64,000 nucleotides of DNA from an uncultured Candidatus Saccharibacteria bacterium (GTDB lineage Bacteria > Patescibacteriota > Dojkabacteria > CAZCSM01): contig CAZCSM010000006.1 of NCBI GenBank assembly GCA_964501355.1, forward strand, positions 2,347 through 66,346, written 5' to 3'. The notes below the pieces were generated by a model that was not told the origin of the DNA, searched no databases, and was given only the letters and a program-made list of their open reading frames with translations. The translations under genes and the position numbers were made by a program. Below are positions 61,175-64,000 of the stretch, piece by piece. Position 1 is the stretch's first letter, and the number at the start of each line of letters is the position of its first letter.

Positions 61175-62320
61175 ATGATAATGGAAAGGAAAACACGGAA
61201 AATATTAATTGAGGGAGTACTGATTCTTTTTGCAGTAAGTGTTAGTATTTCTATTTGGGGAGACAGAGAACTGGCCGAAGCTGCAACAACCTGTGTTGAT
61301 GATACATTATCTGCTTCAGTAAATAATTCTACCAAAATAAATGCAACTTCAATATGCAACGCTCCCAGTGTATCTGTTGTTAGTCCTACTCAGATAGATA
61401 TCCGATTTGAAAGGGCTGGACAACCATCCCCAGCTCTTTGCCGAAATTCTTACCCGGTAGTATATACTAGTGGAGTGGGTTGGCAGTTAACTGCTTGTTA
61501 TACAGGAACTTGTGAGACACGAACTTTGCAGGTTGCATATGAGGGATCCTTTTGGACAGGAGGCCTTGAGGATACCGATGAAGGAACGGGTGATGGACAA
61601 CCAGATTATGATATTCAAATTTCTGCGAGTATAGTACATATACCATGTTGTGGTGATGGTTCGGTGGACGCTGATGAATTATGTGATAACATAGCTCCTT
61701 ATAACTATAAAGATGATTGTGGTTATGGAGAGACAAATTGCTGTTACACTCCAGCTGTAGGAACATCTTTAATGTGTACAACATACCTCGGTCCACATTG
61801 TGGTGATGGAATTCCCAACGGGTCGGAAGACTGCGATGATGGGAATACAGTTGATGGTGATGGTTGCAATACATACACTTCTAATTGTCAACATATTTGT
61901 GGTGATGGCTCGTTAGATGAGGATGAAGAATGTGAATCTAATGGCATATGGTATGGAGGAACCGGCTTGCCTATTGGCTCCTGTACGGTTACTGACCCAC
62001 CGGGTACGTGTAAATATTGTAATGCGGCCGATTGTACCGTTCAATCTGTTGCAGACGGTGCAGATGTTCCACTTGTTGTTACAGGGGGATTGGTTGCACT
62101 TGGTCAAAATCAAAGTGATTCTGCGATTGAATTGCAGCGAAATATTATATTCTACTCCCCCATTGATGGTGAACTATATTTCGGTGATAGTACAGAAGAT
62201 TTTAACAACAATATGAGTCCCGCGGAAGCTCTTTACTATGATCCTCGTTATTTAGATATTTATAGAAATATTTTAGGCGATTTCGGAAATATACAATTTA
62301 GAGAGTCAGGTGTTCAATAA
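61175..62320 (+). CDS. Secreted Cys-rich repeat protein (DUF4215-like)
   Basis: Signal-like N terminus; CGDG....E.CD repeats; C-terminal PLVVTGGLVA...LQR...PAE..YYDPRYL...LG...F.E. Confidence 0.8.
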   Translation: MIMERKTRKILIEGVLILFAVSVSISIWGDRELAEAATTCVDDTLSASVNNSTKINATSICNAPSVSVVSPTQIDIRFERAGQPSPALCRNSYPVVYTSGVGWQLTACYTGTCETRTLQVAYEGSFWTGGLEDTDEGTGDGQPDYDIQISASIVHIPCCGDGSVDADELCDNIAPYNYKDDCGYGETNCCYTPAVGTSLMCTTYLGPHCGDGIPNGSEDCDDGNTVDGDGCNTYTSNCQHICGDGSLDEDEECESNGIWYGGTGLPIGSCTVTDPPGTCKYCNAADCTVQSVADGADVPLVVTGGLVALGQNQSDSAIELQRNIIFYSPIDGELYFGDSTEDFNNNMSPAEALYYDPRYLDIYRNILGDFGNIQFRESGVQ

Positions 62321-62346
62321 TTTTTAGATAAATTAATTAACAGAAA

Positions 62347-62718
62347 ATGGCAAATATACTTGTAGTAGAAGATGAAAAAGATTTATTAGATATCTATCAG
62401 GAAGTCCTGGAAGGTGCTGGTTATAAGGTTGTAACAGCAGAAAATGGTAAGGTTGCTCTCGAGAAGTTGAGCGAAAGTCCCTTTGACTTGGTACTTCTTG
62501 ACCTTATGATGCCCGAGGTAGATGGTATGGAAGTTTTGAAGGTTATTCGTGCAGATAAAGATGGGAAATATAAAAATCTGAAAGTCATTGTTCTTACAAA
62601 CCTTTCAAGCGATGTCGTGATAAAGGAAAGTTTTGATGCAAAGGCTGATGGATATTTAATGAAAACAGAGTTAACTCCAAGTCAGGTGGTCGAAGAAGTT
62701 CGAGGGTTCTTAAATTAA
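62347..62718 (+). CDS. Stand-alone response regulator receiver (CheY-like)
   Basis: ILVVEDE, DLVLLDLMMPEVDG, VLTN, ADGYLMK. Confidence 0.93.
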   Translation: MANILVVEDEKDLLDIYQEVLEGAGYKVVTAENGKVALEKLSESPFDLVLLDLMMPEVDGMEVLKVIRADKDGKYKNLKVIVLTNLSSDVVIKESFDAKADGYLMKTELTPSQVVEEVRGFLN

Positions 62719-62722
62719 AGAA

Positions 62723-62751
62723 TTGACTCGGGTATAAACACCTGTTATCTT
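62723..62751 (+). promoter_or_regulatory. Probable sigma70 promoter of pilM
   Basis: TTGACT, 17 nt, TATCTT with an extended TGn motif. Confidence 0.55.
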
Positions 62752-62780
62752 AAATACTGATAATTTGTTATATCAAAAAA

Positions 62781-63812
62781 ATGTCACTGCCTAATTTTTT
62801 TGGATTGGATTTTGGAAATCATACTGTAAAAATTGTTCAATTAAAAGGCCAGCAAGGAAAGCCTTCTCTTGTCAGTTACGGTGGCACCTCTACCCCATTC
62901 GGCGTCATTAGAAGTGAAAATGAAGAACACCAAAAAGGTCTTGCCGATGTGACAAAAGCCCTCGTTAAAACACTAAATATCAAGACAAATAATTGTGTTG
63001 TTGCATTGCCGGAGTCATCAATATTTACGAGACTCATTACAATTCCCGGAATGAAACCACAGGAAGTTGAAAATGCCGTATATTGGGAGGCAAAACAATA
63101 TATTCCTGTCGATTTGGAAGCTGTCCAATTGGATTGGATGGAAGTCGGCGAAACTGTAGTTGGCGAGACCGTACAAAAGAAAATACTTCTTGTCGCGGCT
63201 CCAAAGACATTGGTTGAATTATATGTAAAGGTCGTTCAGATGGCAGGTTTAGAGCCGATTGCTTTGGAAACAGAAGCAATTGCGAATGTACGAGCAATGA
63301 GCAACTCAACTCAAAATTCTAATGCTATTATCCTCGATTTTGGGGCTCAGTCTACAGATCTCGTTGTAATGAGCAAAGGAAACTTGCTTTTCTCTCAAAC
63401 TTTAAGTACCGGTTCAGATGCTTTAACAAAGGCTATTATGCAGGATTACGCGCTGAATGAAGAACAGGCGGAACAGTACAAGAGAACATACGGTGTTGAT
63501 GAAACTCAGCTTGAGGGCAAGTTAGTACAAACACTTGCACCCGTCATGAATTCCATCGTTGATGAGACGAGGAGAGCTTTGGGCTTTTATCGAACACACG
63601 CAGCTGAAGAAGCCCCGGACAAGGTTTTTCTCGTTGGCGATGGAGCAAGGCTTCCTGGATTGTCTTCATTTATGACGAAATCTTTAGGCGTTGAGTCTTC
63701 AGTAGGAAATCCTTGGAACAATATTGATTTAGGAGATCGCTTTGCTCAGGAGTTAGCTTCGGGCTCTCCTGGTTACTCTGTTGCAGTTGGTCTAGCATTA
63801 AAGTCAAAATAG
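62781..63812 (+). CDS. pilM: Type IV pilus assembly protein PilM
   Basis: FGLDFGNHTVKIVQL, EAKQYIP, LLVAAPK, LDFGAQST, VGDGARLPGL, VAVGLALK. Confidence 0.93.
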   Translation: MSLPNFFGLDFGNHTVKIVQLKGQQGKPSLVSYGGTSTPFGVIRSENEEHQKGLADVTKALVKTLNIKTNNCVVALPESSIFTRLITIPGMKPQEVENAVYWEAKQYIPVDLEAVQLDWMEVGETVVGETVQKKILLVAAPKTLVELYVKVVQMAGLEPIALETEAIANVRAMSNSTQNSNAIILDFGAQSTDLVVMSKGNLLFSQTLSTGSDALTKAIMQDYALNEEQAEQYKRTYGVDETQLEGKLVQTLAPVMNSIVDETRRALGFYRTHAAEEAPDKVFLVGDGARLPGLSSFMTKSLGVESSVGNPWNNIDLGDRFAQELASGSPGYSVAVGLALKSK

Positions 63813-63814
63813 AT

Positions 63815-64000
63815 ATGGCAGAAAAAGGACAGGGCGTAAATCTATTACCCTCCCTCACAAAAGGTGAGATGAAAAAAGAACGTCAAAAAGGGCAGCTAAT
63901 TCTTGGTACAACAGGTGTGACCTTCCTTGTCGCTTTGATAACGGCGGGTCTTTTGTTCTATAACTTATATCTTCAGTACAAAGTTCAGGGTGCCCCTTTC
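63815..64000 (+). CDS. PilN-like protein (3' truncated by window edge)
   Basis: MAEKGQGVNLLPS... followed by a TM segment; open to the window end; directly after pilM. Confidence 0.75.
   Translation, partial: MAEKGQGVNLLPSLTKGEMKKERQKGQLILGTTGVTFLVALITAGLLFYNLYLQYKVQGAPF

Noticed and set aside
61079-61175. Stop-codon readthrough or a frameshift joining the two Cys-rich ORFs
   Set aside because: There are two in-frame TAA stops and ORF2 has its own signal-like N terminus. TGA also acts as a normal stop elsewhere in the window, so there is no sign of recoding.

Overview
A gene-dense, AT-rich bacterial chromosome segment, mostly encoded on the + strand. Its gene content points to a Patescibacteria/CPR genome (Dojkabacteria/WWE3-like; this is inference). 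In order, it contains: (i) an archaeal-type nucleoside salvage block (beta-CASP nuclease, ribose-1,5-bisphosphate isomerase, AMP phosphorylase); (ii) housekeeping genes (dusB, ychF, rpsF-ssb-rpsR, proteases, prmC-prfA-rpmE, dnaB, tRNA-Leu(CAA), efp, lgt-dksA-lspA-rluD-like, LCP); (iii) a first type IV pilus cluster with a fused PilM-PilN and no PilT; (iv) yebC-ruvCAB; (v) a tyrosine recombinase gene preceded by a dif-like 11-6-11 site and followed by an AbiEi/AbiEii pair, which is bracketed by a 68-bp duplication of the recombinase 3' end whose four mismatches are all synonymous; (vi) vanW-like, gyrAB, PSP1, holB and a PP2C-like orphan; (vii) a second type IV pilus cluster (pilB-pilT-pilC-pilin-pilD-minor pilins-pilM-pilN). 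The second cluster also holds a four-helix-bundle gene bounded by inverted heptamer-type repeats, GTAG REP-like palindromes (one inside pilD), and two Cys-rich surface proteins that appear to share one split C-terminal domain. All calls come from reading motifs by eye; no searches were run.
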